DNA of 64,000 bases from Octopus vulgaris (taxonomy: Eukaryota). The stretch is taken from the NCBI GenBank assembly GCA_951406725.2, contig OX597833.1, positions 64,790,001-64,854,000 on the forward strand, written 5' to 3'. A model generated the notes under the pieces. That model saw only the letters and a program-made list of their open reading frames with translations, ran no database searches and had not been told where the DNA came from. A program made the position numbers and the translations under genes. Of the stretch, positions 1 to 12,930 are shown one piece after another. The number at the start of each line of letters is the position of its first letter. Positions within the stretch are counted from its first letter, which is position 1.

Positions 1-219
1 GTTGTTGTTGATGTCGTTGTTGTTGATGATGTCGTTGTTGTTGTTGTTGTTGTTCTTCTTCTTCTTCTTCTTCTTCCTCTTCTCCACATTCTTCTTCTTC
101 TTCTACTTTTTCTCCTTCTTCTACTTCTTCTTCTACTTCTCCTTCTTCTTCTTCTCCTTCTCCTTCTTCTACTCTTTCTCCTTCTTCTTCTTCTTTTTCT
201 TCTTCTTCTTCTTCCTCAT

Positions 220-250
<31 letters not shown>

Positions 251-265
251 TTATTATTATTATTA

Positions 266-358
<93 letters not shown>
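1..358. repeat. Compound microsatellite (GTT)n-(CTT)n-(ATT)n
   Basis: Trinucleotide arrays read directly; they explain the poly-L/F/I ORFs. Confidence 0.95.
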
Positions 359-360
<2 letters not shown>

Positions 361-764
361 GGCATTGTCGTTGATGTTATCATCGTGATATACTGCAATA
401 CAAAACTTCTGTTTCTTTTTTTCCTTGCATCACTTCATCAAAGCAAAAATGCATTCAGGTGACGTATGTGCATTGAAGAGAACACACACGTGCGCCGGGT
501 GTATATGTCTTAACACGCATCTCTATGAGCGTGTATTTCGGCGTACTTCGGCGTACGTTGGCGCATGTGTCAGGCTATAAGCTGCCGATACGTTTTCAAG
601 CTCCGTTCCTATTTCTCCACTTATATCTAAACTGCCGAAAGCAGCTTTTGCCTTTATAAATGCTTTGCCGCTAAATCACGCACACACTTACATACGAGTG
701 TGTGTGTGTGTGTGTAGATGTGTCGGTGCGTTTGTGTATGCATGTAGTTGGATTTGTGTAACTA

Positions 765-796
<32 letters not shown>

Positions 797-1019
797 TGTA
801 TAAGTAATGATATGTACGAGCATGTGTGTAGATATAAGCTACGTGTATGCTTCTATGTAGATAGATGAACGTTCAGAAAGATAGTGAGGCAGACAGACAG
901 ACAGACAAGCAGACAAACTCGGAAGACAGGCAGACATATATAGATACATAAAAATATAAATCGATACATATATACATAGACATAGTATGTATCTAGGTAG
1001 GTAGGTAGCTAGCTAACTA

Positions 1020-1375
<356 letters not shown>

Positions 1376-1810
1376 ATTTCTGTTCTTGAAACTTGTTCTG
1401 TTCTTTGATTTTTAACATTTAATGCAAAACTGAAATGGACCACCGGCGATTTCAAGAAAGAATATACGTTATGCGATCATTTGAACATTCTACTCAATGA
1501 AATAAATATATTTAAGTAGCTGAGTATTCAGTGAGAAAACCTGTCCCCTTAAGATAAACCACACCTTCAAATGAGGACGAGACTGTAGCGCTTCTGCACG
1601 TTTTAAATACATCACATTTGATTTGAGAAAACATGATTGTCTAAAATGTAACGCAGTAGGATAATTAAACTTCAATTATCCGCACCAACGCACGGTTGCA
1701 ACACCATATGGTCTTATGTCCAACCGTGTTTTTTCTGCTGTGATTTTTGCTACCCAGGTATCGGTTAAACTTTTGAATAATCCGTAACAAGATAATTCAT
1801 CTTTCCATTT

Positions 1811-1874
<64 letters not shown>

Positions 1875-1929
1875 CGCGTACATGCACATATACTTGCACG
1901 CCGTCTGTTTCGATGATGAAGGTGCCACT

Positions 1930-2052
1930 GGATCCGATCAACGGAACAGCCTGCTCCTGAAATTAATGTGGCCGATACGCGTACCTTTAACATAATTCTC
2001 AGGGAGACCCAAAGTGACACAGAGTGTGGCACGGCTGGCATTTTGAAATACA
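1930..2052 (-). mobile_element. SINE family C fragment
   Basis: tcaacggaacagcctgctcctgaaattaatgtg...gtgacacagagtgtg matches copies at 61927-62210 and 32290-32680. Confidence 0.75.
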
Positions 2053-2785
2053 TGTCCTCTTCCGTTTTCTCAGTGGGGCGGAATGGAGCAACGGAAAAAT
2101 AAATTTGTCTTTTGCAAGCCCACAATGCGCAGCCACGATTCGGAAACACGACATTGAGCTGAATAACGTGAATACTGAGTCTCGTTCTTCCAAGCACACG
2201 CACACAGACACACACACAAACACACACGCACATTTATGCAGATTCATGAATTTACAAATATGGCGCATCTCCTTCGTTCAGTGACGAGGATCTAGTTTCT
2301 GAAACAGCCGAATCCCTTACTCATTAGATTACAGTCTAAATGGCTGTGAACCTATGCACCGACATTCTAAGTTTCATGCAAAATCAACGTGGCCCTGTGC
2401 GAGTAACGAAATTGCATGCTTTGGATTGCAGTTTTAATCTATCGGACGAGATTTAGTAAGTCGCGGTTTATGCAAATTTCAACACACTGTACGGGTCGTC
2501 TCTCAGGACAAAAAATATTATAATTACTACAGATGCCATGTAGCCCGAATAGAGCCAAGCCCTCCGGGTTCCGAAGCAAACCTCTTTTCTTTCGGATATA
2601 CTGTGCCAACCCTCTCTTCTGTCGTTCTCTTTCATTCTTTCTTTGTCTTTTTCTGTGTATGCCTATATTTATGTATGCATGTATGTATGTATTTATGTGT
2701 ATACACACACACAGGCACAAAATGTGTTTATTTGTGTAATAAAGTTTACAAATATAAATGTATACATAAAGATTGTATTTATATA

Positions 2786-2835
<50 letters not shown>

Positions 2836-3566
2836 CACGTATGTTTATACACACACACACACATATAAACATGCACACACATTCATAAATATATTGTGTG
2901 TATGTGTGTTTAATACTTGAAATGGAAAGGGGAATTTCAAGTTATATATTACGTTCTCTCTAGATTTTCATAAAGCCTCTTGTCTTAAGTGCCAAAACAA
3001 ACAGCTCCCCTCTCTTCCCCTCCAACCCAATCCGTATACTCAAAGCGTTACATATTTATTTTCTTAGTCTAATTTCAATACAATATGTGTTATTTTCTAT
3101 TTTCAATCGGCTTTTATATTATACCTTATTTATTTATATTTCTTCTCTTAATATGAAAGATTGTCGAAGGAATATCACCATTAAAGAAATAAAATGCGCA
3201 AATCCGTTTCTTTCAGTTTTTCGTTTACCGCTTCTTCTCAAAAGAAAACTCTCACAAATGAATATATTAACCAGTCTTCGGCATTTAACTCTTTTGTTGC
3301 CAAATTTCCGTTGGAATACACTGACTTTGTTTCAAATAGTTTTGAAGATAATGAAGAATTTACTAGAAATAGCTTTACTGTTTTTAAGATGGCTTTTTGA
3401 CCAGAGGTTAACATGAAATCAGGAAGCGAGGCTTTTAATTTAGACCAGCTTAATACAGAGACTGTGTGGAATAGAACCAAGTGTGGTTTCAGGTAGATTG
3501 AAATACAAAGTGTTTAAGCTATTCGACGTTTCGATTTCTTGTTATCCTCTAACAATAATATCATTC

Positions 3567-3894
3567 ACTGGCGTACCGGTACGAGTGGTCAGCTGTCCAG
3601 TTGGAGCTTGCGGCGCGTGGAGCCGTGAGGCTGAAAGGGCACTGGCAGCGTTGCGCGTTAAAGACAAGGCGTTCATGCGACTGCTGAGCAGAACCGCGAT
3701 GTTCTGTACGTACAGCATGTTGAAGGACATGTTCAGAGTGGTTCAAACGGTGTGATCTAATGATCAGTTACTGTAGAAGGGGCCTTCTTGTCCCCTCTTA
3801 CTCGGGCGTCGGCGTCTTACTAGGATTCCCATCGCCTCGCAGGGCATGGGTTCCCATCACTTGCAGGGCATGGGTTCCCACCCCAATCGAAAAA
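3567..3894 (+). mobile_element. 5'-truncated R2-like (RLE-clade) non-LTR retrotransposon: ORF C-terminus, 3' UTR and short A tail
   Basis: The frame of ORF 3483..3755 gives TGVPVRVVSCPVGACGAWSREAERALAALRVKDKAFMRLLSRTAMFCTYSMLKDMF-stop, resembling the R2 C-terminal pattern (FP-LGARGKW...L..LG...F..LLSR.AL.YS..ML..F). It forms a GC-rich island followed by a ~135-nt UTR ending in AAAAA. Confidence 0.65.
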
Positions 3895-3959
3895 GAGGGA
3901 GAGAGAGAGAGGGAGAAATAGAAAAGAAAGGAGGAATTCCTATTATTATTATTATTATT

Positions 3960-4514
3960 GAGTGAGCGAGCAGAGCATGCCATCAAAGTGACACTGGGGT
4001 AAAATATACGAAGCCCAGTATACCCATCATGACTACCCGTCTGATAAGGGTACACCAGGCACATGCATCACAACCATATGTGCGCGACATGGCGATCTCA
4101 TATCAAGATAAACAGCACATGACCTTGCAGGTGGAGCCCAGTTAGAATTTTCTTCAGTTCGAGTAACCCATCCCGCTCAAAAGGTCCCTGAATAAGGGTT
4201 GTTTAAGGACGTTGAACGAAATACCCATGTTTCCAGAGGTGAATTATTCAAACCCCAAAGAATCCCTCTCAACACATGGCTATGATGCTCCCCCACTACT
4301 TCTGCTCGTGATCAGAGATGCACATATCGTCAGCCAGTAAGGGACATGCTCAACTTGTTAAGGTCAAACAACTGAAAAGCAAATCTGTGGTATTGAGCAG
4401 AATATTTGCTGTAGCCCATCTTTTATACCAAGACAAAACAATGTACAGGATAACACTTCCAATCAGTTAAGATCAGAAGCCATGAGAGCCACTGCCTGGT
4501 ACTGCATCAGGGCA
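3960..4514. mobile_element. ~555-bp ORF-less interspersed element in an (ATT)n array, copy 1
   Basis: Closely colinear with 47442-47994; both copies have (ATT)n on both sides; no TIRs seen. Confidence 0.85.
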
Positions 4515-4515
4515 C

Positions 4516-4548
<33 letters not shown>

Positions 4549-4557
4549 CTATTATTA

Positions 4558-4619
<62 letters not shown>

Positions 4620-4781
4620 GTTCTCCTTCTTCTCCTTCTTCTTCTTCTCCTTATTCTTCTCCTTCTTCTTCTTCTTCTTCTTCTCCTTATACTTCTTTTC
4701 TTTTTCTTTTTCTTCTTCTTCTTCTTCTTCTTCTTCTTCTCCTCCTTCTTCTTATTCCTATTATTATTGTTATTATTATTA

Positions 4782-4852
<71 letters not shown>

Positions 4853-5000
4853 GTTCTCCTTCTTCTCCTTCTTCTTCTTCTCCTTATTCTTCTCCTTCTT
4901 CTTCTTATTCTTCTTCTTATTCTCCTTATACTTCTTTTCTTTTTCTTCTACTTCTTCTTCTTCTCCTCCTTCTTCTTGTTCCTCCTCCTTCTTCTCTTTC
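4515..5000. repeat. Alternating (ATT)n/(CTT)n microsatellite
   Basis: Read directly. Confidence 0.95.
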
Positions 5001-5404
5001 AAAATCTCTCGCTGATATCTGACACACATCTTCTCTCCCATCACACTTCCATCATTTTCACATTCCAACAGTCATCAAACCAAAAGCACCGCAGTCACGC
5101 ATGAATAAATTTCAATTTCATTTCTATTACAATGTTGACATTCTATTAATGGATCTTCTCCACATTTCCAGACATTGTTGTTGTTATTTTCATTGCCATT
5201 CCTCTTACTGTTCTTACTGTTGTTTGACCCTTTCGCCGCCACCGGCATCACCATTACCAGGGCGCCCCTAATTGAACGATATTCACATCAAAATACTTCT
5301 GAACTGGAAACCTTCATTTATTCAGACTTAATATTACAAAAAGACTGCATTAATTAAATGCGTCTTCTTTCGTTATTTTGTAAAGGAGCATGACATGATG
5401 GTAT

Positions 5405-6005
5405 AGAAGTCTAGCTTCTATTTCAAGCGCCGTTGTTGCCCTATTGTTATATATCTTTGTTCAGGATCCAATGGGAATTAATATAGCTAAAGACAACATT
5501 GTATTATATTCGTCTGTCTTTTAAAACAACATAACATCCTAATATGGATGCTTGGCTGCTATTTCAAGCACTATTTTGGTCCTATCGTTTCATCCTTTGT
5601 TCCGGTGCAAATTAAATAATATAACAGAGGGCTTTAAGGCGGCGGACTGGCAGAATCGTTAGCACGCCGGGCAAAATGCGTAGCCGTATTTCGTCTGTCG
5701 CTACGTTCAGAGTTCAAAATCCGCCAAGGTCGACTTTGCCTTTTACCTTTCGGGGTCGATAAATTAGTGCCAGTTACGCACTGGGGTCGATGTAATCGAC
5801 TTAATACCTATGTCTGTCCTTGTTTGTCCCCTCTGTGTTTAGCCCCTTGTAGGTAGTAAAGAAATAAATATAACAGAAGACGATACTAAATACGTTGTGT
5901 TCGGGATTTTTGAGAAACAGCACAGCATGTAAATAGCGAGGTTTGGCTGCTATTTCAAGCATTGTTCCTATCCTAGTGCTTTTATTACTCTGCTCAGGCT
6001 CCTTG
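5405..6005. repeat. Diverged ~142-bp tandem repeat (about 3 units) interrupted by a SINE
   Basis: A ggctgctatttcaagc-like anchor occurs at ~5411, ~5553 and ~5945; spacing is ~142 bp once the ~250-bp SINE is removed. Confidence 0.55.
5636..5866 (+). mobile_element. tRNA-derived SINE family A, full length, with TSD
   Basis: A box (tggcagaatcgtt), B box (gagttcaaaatcc), core gccttttacctttcggggtcgataaatt and tail ...aaagaaata; AATATAACAGA is duplicated on both flanks. Confidence 0.9.
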
Positions 6006-6444
6006 GCCAGAATAAATCGATAAGAAAAATGTTTCTATGATTCACTCAACGCTTCATTTAGCATCAGAGACCTGACCTGTCCCCATGTGCCGCTATTACT
6101 GGGCAGTTACTTTGAGGCCATCCAATTTGAGGGACCCAATTCGGATCTATACATGCTGTGGTTTGCTGTCAACAGACAAAAACTTCAGGGGCCAGTACAG
6201 TTATTTGCCCGGCGGTAGGGAGAAGGTGAAATGCTGTTAAGACGGTCCCCTCGTGGGGCACTCAGCCGATTCTGCCAATCCTCAAAAAGTGTATTGTTTG
6301 TACTTTTACTGTAAATCAGCCAATAATTAAGGCCACAAGTATCAATATAACGCACAGAGTACCGGAACAAATAGCGCGATGCATCATAACCGGCACTCAA
6401 CGAATCAGCATATTTTTCCCCTTAGATCGGGCAATTTTTTTTAT

Positions 6445-6686
6445 TTACTCTTTTACTCTTTTACTTTTTGATTTGTTTCAATCATTTGACTGCGGCCATG
6501 ATGGAGCACCGCTTTTTGCCTAGCAATTCGCCCCCCAGGACTTATTCTTTGTAAGCCTAGTGCTTTTTCTATCGGTCCCTTATGCCGAGCCGCTAATTTA
6601 CGGGGAAATAAACACACTAGCATCGGTTGTCAAGTGATGGTGGTGGGAGAAACACAGACATACAGGCAGACTCACACTCAACAACA

Positions 6687-6739
<53 letters not shown>

Positions 6740-6905
6740 GCACGCACACTCACACACATATATAGATATAGATATAGATACGATGAATTTCTTTCGGGCC
6801 GAGGCTACAGCAGAAGACAGTTGCCCAAGGTGCCACGCAGTAGGACTGAACCCAGAACCATGTGGTTGGTAAACAACCTACTTACCACACACCCACTCCT
6901 GTGCC
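6445..6905 (-). mobile_element. tRNA-derived SINE family B
   Basis: Reverse complement of the 9702-10108 copy, with internal (CA)n/(TA)n and a (TAAAAGAG)n tail. Confidence 0.85.
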
Positions 6906-7638
6906 TATTTAGCTAGAAATTTTTTTAAGAGGATAAAGATGTGACGAAATTTCCGAAGAGGCTGTGTATTATTTTTTTTTCTTTTAATACAAAATCAAGA
7001 TGATATAACAATTTCGGGAGACGAATGAAATATATTTACGTAGATAATTAAATAATCTTAGAGATATGATCATTTCTAAATCTCTCGTGGGCAGAAATTG
7101 AGTAACAATACTCTAAAAAAATATTATTTTCCAACATAATGTGGCAGTCCCGGTTGGGACGAACGTTACTGTTATTTCGACACATAGTCTGTCGATAGCC
7201 AACTGGAAACGATTGTTCCTGGGGATAAATAGCAGTAACATTCGTCCTAACCGGGACTGCCATGTTATGTTGGCAAATAATCTTCACTTAAATAGCCTTA
7301 ATTTATATAATTGATTATGTTGTTCGGTGAGGAAGAACAATGTCGTTGATGCTAAACTTCGTCCAGATCTCAGAGACTTGCAAGAAAAAGAAGGGGCGTG
7401 GAGATGAGTGCATACGCAGGAGAATGTCGGTATAAAGAGATGCGCATTAGGGCAGAGCAGTGAAGGCTGCACGTGACTGGCTGAAATTCAGTGGATTTAA
7501 TGCGGTAAAGGTAACAGAGGGGAGGCTGGAAGAAGAAAATATATTGGAAGAAATTGCGGTAAAAACGGTGTGAGAAAAATATATAGGTATTCAATTCAAA
7601 ACCTGAGACATACATACATACATACATACATACATACA

Positions 7639-7672
<34 letters not shown>

Positions 7673-7691
7673 TGTATGTATGTATAACAAC

Positions 7692-8180
7692 ATGCAGAAA
7701 TTAAATAGACACCTTTAATTTTCAAAATCTGATCTAAGCGTCTTAATATAAACATATTAAGACGCTTAGATCAGTGGTGTAGAATTTACAAGTTAATTAT
7801 TCTTTTTCATTCCAGGTTCCATTATATCAAACGTTTGCGAAGAGTAACCATGCCACGCACAAAATATTCAGTAGAACTCTCAGATTTTCAAAGAGGTGGT
7901 ATTGTTGGGCAATCTGAGGCTGGTCTTAGCCAGCGAAAAACTGCCGAAAATCTTCAAATTCCTCTTGCTGCTGTTAATAGAATTATAGTGCAAGGTAAAA
8001 GATCAACAGATTCTCGTCCTGGCTGAACTGGGCCCTCGGAAAGGAAGCTTCACTGCTTGAAGAGAATCGTGGAAAACGACCCTCGTTCGAAGGCTCCTGA
8101 CATTGCAAATTACCTAGAAGTTAGTCCAAGAACGTGTTACATATCAGCTTAAGCTTGGGTATTATGGACGTATTATGAAC
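7692..8180 (+). mobile_element. Tc1-like transposon 5' part (transposase N-terminal HTH, decayed)
   Basis: [46 protein letters not shown]...RPG*...LKRIVENDPRSKA is a typical Tc1 N-terminus; it contains an in-frame stop. Confidence 0.8.
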
Positions 8181-8329
8181 TTGTCTATCGAAGAGTTTTT
8201 CTTTTTTTAACTCATTATGAATACGTTATTGTTTATTGCTTCATCTACTACGAATTCGACCGGAGTAGATGTATGTATATATTTATGTAAATATTATGTA
8301 TGTATGTATGTATGTATGTATGTATGTAT

Positions 8330-8565
8330 GTATTTGTGGAAGAGAGTGTAATTCGGCAGGAGGACTTAAACGACATGCAAAGGTACATGAAGCCCAGTTA
8401 CAACTACAGCCGGCTATTACCAGTAAAGGTTTTAGTTGCCAATTTTGTACAAGACATTGTAGATCTTTGGCTGGGCTAAAAAGTCACATTCGATCACAGC
8501 ACCAGTAACAGTTAAGCTTCGTGCAATGGCCATACTCGATAACGAGGGGGCAGCCATAATAATAA
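8330..8565 (+). mobile_element. RTE-type LINE 3' end encoding two C2H2-like zinc fingers
   Basis: ICGRECNSAGGLKRHAKVH...FSCQFCTRHCRSLAGLKSHIRSQH-stop, then a short UTR atggccatactcgataacgagggg and a (TAA)n tail. Confidence 0.7.
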
Positions 8566-8583
8566 TTTATTTATACATGCATT

Positions 8584-8665
<82 letters not shown>

Positions 8666-8690
8666 CAGGTAGATAGACAGATAGACATAT

Positions 8691-8745
<55 letters not shown>

Positions 8746-8746
8746 T

Positions 8747-8827
<81 letters not shown>

Positions 8828-8882
8828 CAGATAAGTAGATTGATAGATAGATTTATTGATTGACTGATTGATTGATTGATTT
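8584..8882. repeat. (ATAG)n/(ACAG)n/(ATTG)n microsatellite
   Basis: Read directly. Confidence 0.95.
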
Positions 8883-9701
8883 ATTTATTCATCCAGTGAT
8901 TGATTCATTGGCTAGTGCATCGCTATCTGATTTAAACAATCCATTCTTTAACATACGTAGACATGCGAAAGGTGTAAATTGTTCCTAGAATCGGTAACCT
9001 GTTGTGCAGCATTTAATTTTCTCTTCCACTTGTGTTCTGATAACGAAAGCAACTGGAGTGACCTTTGTTATCATTCTTCTGAGGTTTTTATAAAACTGGC
9101 AATTAACTGAAGCAACTGCCATCGTTGTTACCTGATTAACAATTGGAACAACAATTCTTCCCTCTCGGTCTCATCAATTTAAGACAGAAGAAATATAAGC
9201 CATCGCTGATTTACGTCGAAATGTGCAAACATTTAAACAATAATGATCCCCCCGCCGCCAAAAAAGAAAGACGTTAACAAAATCCACGCTCAGTGTAGGG
9301 GAGAGGATACCACCCATGAACAAATAATAATTGGGGCACAATGACGTTAGGTTTCAAGGTAAAGGGTCAGTCGATACGATCAGCTTCAGAGCTGGACTGG
9401 TATTTTATTTTGTCGAATAATATTAACATCACCGACAACAACGATGGTTACAGATCCAGCGCAATCCGATTTGAGATTTATCTGATAAATCAGATGTCTA
9501 AGTCGTTGTGATAAATAATCCAGTGAACAGAATTAAATGTATCTGGAACGCAGCAACGAAAATATAAAAAACTAAACACGCAACATAATAAGTATTGGTC
9601 TTACGCTGTAAGAAATAAATAAATGTAGAGTGTGCCTTAACATTTTGTGCAGTAGTCGGTTATCAGGAGAGAAAGAAAAGGCAAAATTAATTAACAAGAA
9701 T

Positions 9702-10108
9702 AGGCGCAGGAGTGGCTGTGTGGTAAGTAGCTTGCTAACCAACCACATGGTTCCGGGTTCAGTCCCACTGCGTGGCATCTTGGGCAAGTGTCTTCTGCTA
9801 TAGCTCCGGGCCGACCAATGCCTTGTGAGTGGATTTGGTAGACGGAAACTGAAAGAAGCCTGTCGTATATATGTGTATATATATATATATATATGTGTGT
9901 AAGTGTGTGTGTTTGTGTGTCTGTGTTTGTCCCCCTAGCATTGCTTGACAACCGATGCTGGTGTGTTTACGTCCCCGTCACTTAGCGGTTCGGCAAAAGA
10001 GACCGATAGAATAAGTACTGGGCTTACAAAAAGAATAAGTCCCGGGGTCGATTTGCTCGACTAAAAGGCGGTGCTCCAACATGGCCGCAATCAAATGACT
10101 GAAACAAG
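9702..10108 (+). mobile_element. tRNA-derived SINE family B, full length
   Basis: Head ggcgcaggagtggctgtgtggt...gggttcagtccc, a CORE-like cttgggcaagtg, internal (TA)n(TG)n and a 3' body ending gaaacaagtaa; near-identical to 49147-49590. Confidence 0.9.
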
Positions 10109-10407
10109 TAAATGAGTAAAAGAGTAAGATGTCGTGATGGAAGGAAATGATCAAGGCCTCTAGGTTGGTCTTTTATATTATCGACTTTGAATGAGATGAA
10201 GACTACTGTGAATGCTTGGCGCAAAAATGTGACAGTCGGCAGTGTTTAAAATGAAAACAATACTTTCATCCAATGTTCTGGATTTTCTACACTTGATCTA
10301 CATAAAAGGAGAGCAGTGAATGGAAGAATGCCGGCAATTGGGGTTACTGTCGGCTGTTGGGGATCGACGTCTTTACGGGTGAATACACTGAATATTATGT
10401 ATTTGGC

Positions 10408-10739
10408 GATGATAATGAGGATGATGATAATGATGATGATGATGAGGAGGAGGAGGAGGAGGGGGTGATGATGATGAGGATGATGATGATGAGTATAGAG
10501 GAGGAGAGGAGGAGAAGGAAGAAGAAGAAGAAAAGAAGAAGAAGAAGAAGAAGAAGAAGAAGAGGAAGCAGTGGAAGTGGGAGAAGAAGAAGAAGAAGAA
10601 GAAGAAGAAGAAGAAGAAAAAGTTGGAGAAAAAGAAGAAGAAGAAGAAGAAGAAGACGAAGAAGAAGAAGAAGAAGTAGAAGAAGAAGAAGAAGAAGAAG
10701 AAGAAGAAGAAGAAAAAGTGGGAGAAAAAGGAGAAGAAA

Positions 10740-10770
<31 letters not shown>

Positions 10771-10880
10771 GGGAGAAAAAGGAGAAGAAGAAGAAGAAGA
10801 AGAAGAAGATGAGGAAGTGGGAGAAAAAGAGGAAGAAGAAGAAGAGAGAGTTTAGTTGGTGATGATGATAATAACAATGA
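10408..10880. repeat. (GAT)n/(GAA)n purine-rich microsatellite tract
   Basis: Read directly; it explains the poly-E/R/K ORFs. Confidence 0.95.
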
Positions 10881-12513
10881 CGATATTGATGTCGCCGATA
10901 GAGACTGTCGTTCCTTAGACAGACACAATGTGAGAAATATTTTCTTTTCCTGTCGGTATTCGCTGTGGAACACTTGATTATATCAATCCCAACAAACCCG
11001 TGCGTTATTCATATTTCAGGACCCTTAAAGCATGAAAACCAATGTGAACATCTTTGGTATTGAAACAGAATGATAACAATAATTGCAATAGTTGTATGAT
11101 CTTATCAAATCCGCCATATTTTTTGCTACAATTCTTGGTAATCCATTTCTTCCTTTTCTTCCCTTTGCGTACTCATCTCCCTTTTCTCTCAGCATTTAAC
11201 CCCTTCTTTCATTGTCACCCAATCTTTCCATTTTTCTTCCCCATTTCCCTAACCTTCTATTCTTTTGTACTCGTTTTCTTTCCCCTCTCTTCATGGCCTC
11301 TCTCATTCAGTCCCCTTCACATCCCCTTATGTCGTCCCTTCTTTCTCCTTTATTTTCATTCCTCTTCCAATTCTCCCCCTTACTGTTCCCACCTGTACCA
11401 ATCTACTCCCTTCTTTTCAACCCTTCATTGCCCTATCACCACCTCCTGCTCATCTCCTTATCATCCCTTATCATCCCCTTCTCTCCCTGTATCTCTCCCT
11501 GTATCTCTCCACTCCTCCTCAATTTGCTTCGGGACGAATAGATTACAATTGATGATCAATAGGAGAGAAGTTAAAATAAAATGTAAAACTACTTAAAATT
11601 TTTTTAAAAAATTGAACTCAACGCCACATTACATCTAAACATTCCTTTCTAGTTTCAGAGTTTTGTCGATGTGCTTGATATTTTTGACATTTCTAATCGA
11701 ACAGAACAAAATACCCAAGGCCAGACAATTTCAACAATTCCATCGTTAATTAATCTATTTTCCGTGATAACCTGGTGGTGATTAAACCTTTGACATACTC
11801 TCGGTCATGCTGAGAGTATCCCTTACTTCGTTTGAACAAAAGTGCGTGTGTATATATCTATTGCCCTTTACTTGTTACAGCCGGTAGACGATGGCTATGT
11901 TGAGGCGATATATTGAAGAATTTTGGGGCGAATGAATCGATCCCAGAAATTTTTTTCCTTTTAAAACCTGATTCTTATTCTAATGATATCTCCTGTCGAA
12001 CCGCTTCGTTACGGGGACGTACACAAACCAAAACTGTCGTGAAGCGGTGGTAGAAAACAAAGACACACGCACACACACACACACACGTGTGTGTGAAGGC
12101 GCATGGTTCATTGGTTAGGGCGCCGGGCTCACGATCATGAGCAAGTGAGTTCCCGACCCGGCTGTGTTGTGTTCTTTAGCAACCCTGCGACCGCGAATCC
12201 GCTGCTCTAACCACCGGGTCATTGCGCCTCTACCCACACACACATATGTGTGAACAGATGCTAGAAAGTTCCTCCTTTTAAGGGTATTGCGAAAAGATTG
12301 GCTGGAGAGCCAACCTTTCGGGATCTTTTATAGGACTTAGAAAAATTGAACGACTGCGGCAATAAGTGTGTGGAATGTGTTGAATAAAAGGGAAATATTT
12401 TGAACAAAATCATAATTAACTGATTTACGTCTATTTTCTTTCCCGAAAGCCAGGAACTTTTCAGAACCCTCTCGTTTCAGTTTCTCTCTTCCAACTCCAC
12501 TCACAAGGCTTTA

Positions 12514-12930
12514 TATTTCTTTACTACCCACAAGGGGCTAAACACAGAGAGGACAAACAAGGACAGACAAACGGATTAAGTCGATTACATCGACCCCAGT
12601 GCATAACTGGTACTTAATTTATCGACCCCGAAAGGTTGAAATGCAAAGTCGACCTCGGCGGAATTTGAACGCAGAACGGAGCGGCAGACGAAATACCTAT
12701 TTCTTTATTACCCACAAGGGGCTAAACATAGAAGGTACAAACAAGGACAGACATAGATATTAAGTCGATTACATCGACCCCAGTGCGTAACTGGTACTTA
12801 ATTTATCGACACCGAAAGGATGAAATGCGAAGTCTGCCTCGGCAGAATTTGAACTCACAACGTAACGGCAGACGTAATACCGCTACACATTTCGTCTGAC
12901 GTGCTAAAGATTCTGCCAGCTCGCCGCCTT
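12514..12930 (-). mobile_element. SINE family A head-to-tail dimer nested in a decayed family B SINE
   Basis: Full unit 12698-12930 plus a headless second unit 12514-12697; family B sequence continues on both flanks (12475-12512, 12935-13015). Confidence 0.85.

Noticed and set aside
3542-3746. Minus-strand ORFs (MSFNMLYV..., MNHSEHV...) as a host exon
   Set aside because: In-frame stops follow the candidate acceptor in all frames; the plus-strand R2-like reading explains the GC-rich island better.
4478-4514. CUGAUGC on the minus strand of the TAA element as a hammerhead core
   Set aside because: A9 is missing and no GAAA follows a stem II.
6060-6420. Possible gypsy RT relic on the minus strand
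   Set aside because: Only vague motif echoes across several frameshifts; not supportable without a profile search.
11100-11540. ORFs 11054..11596 and overlapping frames
   Set aside because: Pyrimidine-rich low-complexity DNA open in all three plus frames, with no domain signal.
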